The position numbers and the translations under genes were made by a program. A DNA stretch of 38,329 bases, taken from a virus. How positions within the stretch are numbered: position 1 is the first letter of the stretch; each line of letters opens with the position of its first letter. The DNA lies in the UHGV virus genome UHGV-1488451; one strand, given 5' to 3'. Under the pieces are notes generated by a model. It had not been told where the DNA came from, did no database searches, and saw nothing but the letters and a program-made list of their open reading frames with translations. Below are positions 37,728-38,329 of the stretch, piece after piece.

Positions 37728-38329
37728 TGGCTTCTCCTTTGTCTTCCTTCTCTGGTTTCCATGATTCGGCGCGAATGGCGATCATGTCGTGGATTGCTTG
37801 GTATTCGGCTTGCCAGCGTTCTTGTGTGGCTTCGTCGTGGCGCTTCCAGTAGTTGGCGCGGCGTTCGGCGACGGCTTGCATCATTGTGGTTAGGGTGCCT
37901 TCCCAGCATCCGATGCAGACGAATATTTCATCGGTTCCGGTGTGCGCCGCAGTTACCCAGCGGCTTTCTACTCCTGCAGGGCCAGCAACGAAGATGTGTT
38001 GTTTTTGGAACACCTCCGCGTTGCCGGACACCCGCGCGTTGCCGGACACCCACGCGTTGCCGGACACCCGCGCGTTGCCGGACACCCACGCGTTGCCGGA
38101 CACCCGCGCGTCGCCGGACACCCACGCGTTGCCGGACACCCACGCGTCGCCGGACACCCACGCGTCGCCGAACACCCACGCGTCGCCGAACACCCGCGCG
38201 TCGCCGGACACCCACGCGTTGCCGGACACCCACGCGTCGCCGAACACCCGCGCGTCGCCGGACACCCACGCGTTGCCGGACAAGTTCGATTCCTTTTCAA
38301 TGAAACCGCCGAGTTCGCCTTTATCCACA
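37699..38329 (-). CDS. Hexapeptide-repeat (beta-solenoid-like) protein of unknown function, 3' portion; the 5' end lies across the window wrap
   Basis: This is a 209-aa ORF running off the window edge. It has the lead-in DKGELGGFIEKESNLS, then 15 hexapeptide repeats, then a non-repeat C-terminal domain with a CIGCW motif. This repeat architecture with an N-terminal YRLTDETI...LYRI lead-in recurs in phage proteins usually annotated as hypothetical or polymer-forming; that statement is from recall, not a search. Confidence 0.8.
   Translation of the reverse strand, partial: VDKGELGGFIEKESNLSGNAWVSGDARVFGDAWVSGNAWVSGDARVFGDAWVFGDAWVSGDAWVSGNAWVSGDARVSGNAWVSGNARVSGNAWVSGNARVSGNAEVFQKQHIFVAGPAGVESRWVTAAHTGTDEIFVCIGCWEGTLTTMMQAVAERRANYWKRHDEATQERWQAEYQAIHDMIAIRAESWKPEKEDKGEANDSDDNDRA
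38008..38277 (-). repeat. 15 x 18-bp head-to-tail tandem repeat array, in-frame coding (hexapeptide G-D/N-A-W/R-V-S/F)
   Basis: The plus-strand unit is ggacacccacgcgtcgcc. 14 of 15 units differ only at unit positions 2 (g/a), 9 (a/g) and 15 (c/t). The last unit, gaacacctccgcgttgcc, encodes GNAEVF. Confidence 0.95.
38206..38329. repeat. Right copy of imperfect terminal direct repeat
   Basis: Counterpart of nt 1-124. The mismatches fall only at the variable positions of the 18-bp repeat unit. Confidence 0.9.

Larger units (their letters stand above)
1..38329. mobile_element. Complete temperate siphovirus-like phage genome, excised/attP form, circularly permuted in this window
   Basis: A full packaging-head-tail-lysis-lysogeny-recombination gene set is present. 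The integrase sits next to an intact attP-like site in mid-window rather than at a prophage end. The window ends repeat each other (1-124 vs 38206-38329), giving a unit of about 38,205 bp. Confidence 0.85.

Noticed and set aside
38008-38277. Possible CRISPR array, given the regular short direct repeats
   Set aside because: The units are contiguous 18-mers with no spacers. They lie in frame inside an ORF and encode a hexapeptide repeat. No cas genes are present.

Overview
The window is essentially one complete, GC-rich temperate siphovirus-type phage genome with an HK97-like head module and a long tape-measure tail. Protein families and start-codon usage suggest an actinobacterial host; that is inference. 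The phage is in its excised (attP) form and is circularly permuted. nt 1-124 repeat nt 38206-38329 with 3 mismatches, so the unit is about 38,205 bp, and the window break falls inside a gene built from 18-bp tandem repeats.

Layout:
- A divergent immunity switch lies at about 935-1160.
- On the plus strand: repressor-like HTH gene (1161-1535), a three-ORF moron-like cassette with its own promoter and hairpins (1578-2557), Xis-like HTH (2660-2893) and tyrosine integrase (3011-4135). These are followed by attP, which has a 28-nt tRNA 3'-end core flanked by duplicated 23-bp arm repeats.
- Everything else is on the minus strand as one long co-directional array that wraps the window edge. Early/recombination/replication genes come first: hexapeptide-repeat protein, HTH proteins, YqaJ-like exonuclease, RecT, SSB, an iteron-containing replication protein and RusA.
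- Packaging and head genes follow: HNH, TerS, TerL, portal, P-loop/prohead-protease ORF, major capsid and head-tail joining genes.
- The array ends with tail and lysis genes: major tail protein, G/GT-type frameshifted chaperones, a 2171-aa tape measure, Dit/Tal-like proteins, a 995-aa fibre with two glycanase-like domains, endolysin, holin and a membrane coiled-coil protein.

Most unusual observations:
1. G+T versus A+C strand skew flips sharply in blocks. The same coding strand is written in two codon dialects, and switch points fall inside intact genes (integrase, repressor, replication gene, ssb, tape measure).
2. Two ORFs read in frame, with no stop, into a downstream gene that has its own SD+ATG: P-loop NTPase into prohead protease, and an SLT-like module into the repeat protein.
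3. The 18-bp repeat array varies only at three non-synonymous transition sites, and the two window-end copies differ at exactly those sites.
4. A promoter/terminator-bounded cassette between repressor and integrase includes an AT-rich 54-aa membrane ORF.

No rRNA gene, complete tRNA gene, CRISPR array, transposase or reverse transcriptase was seen. All homology calls come from reading the translations by eye; no searches were run.
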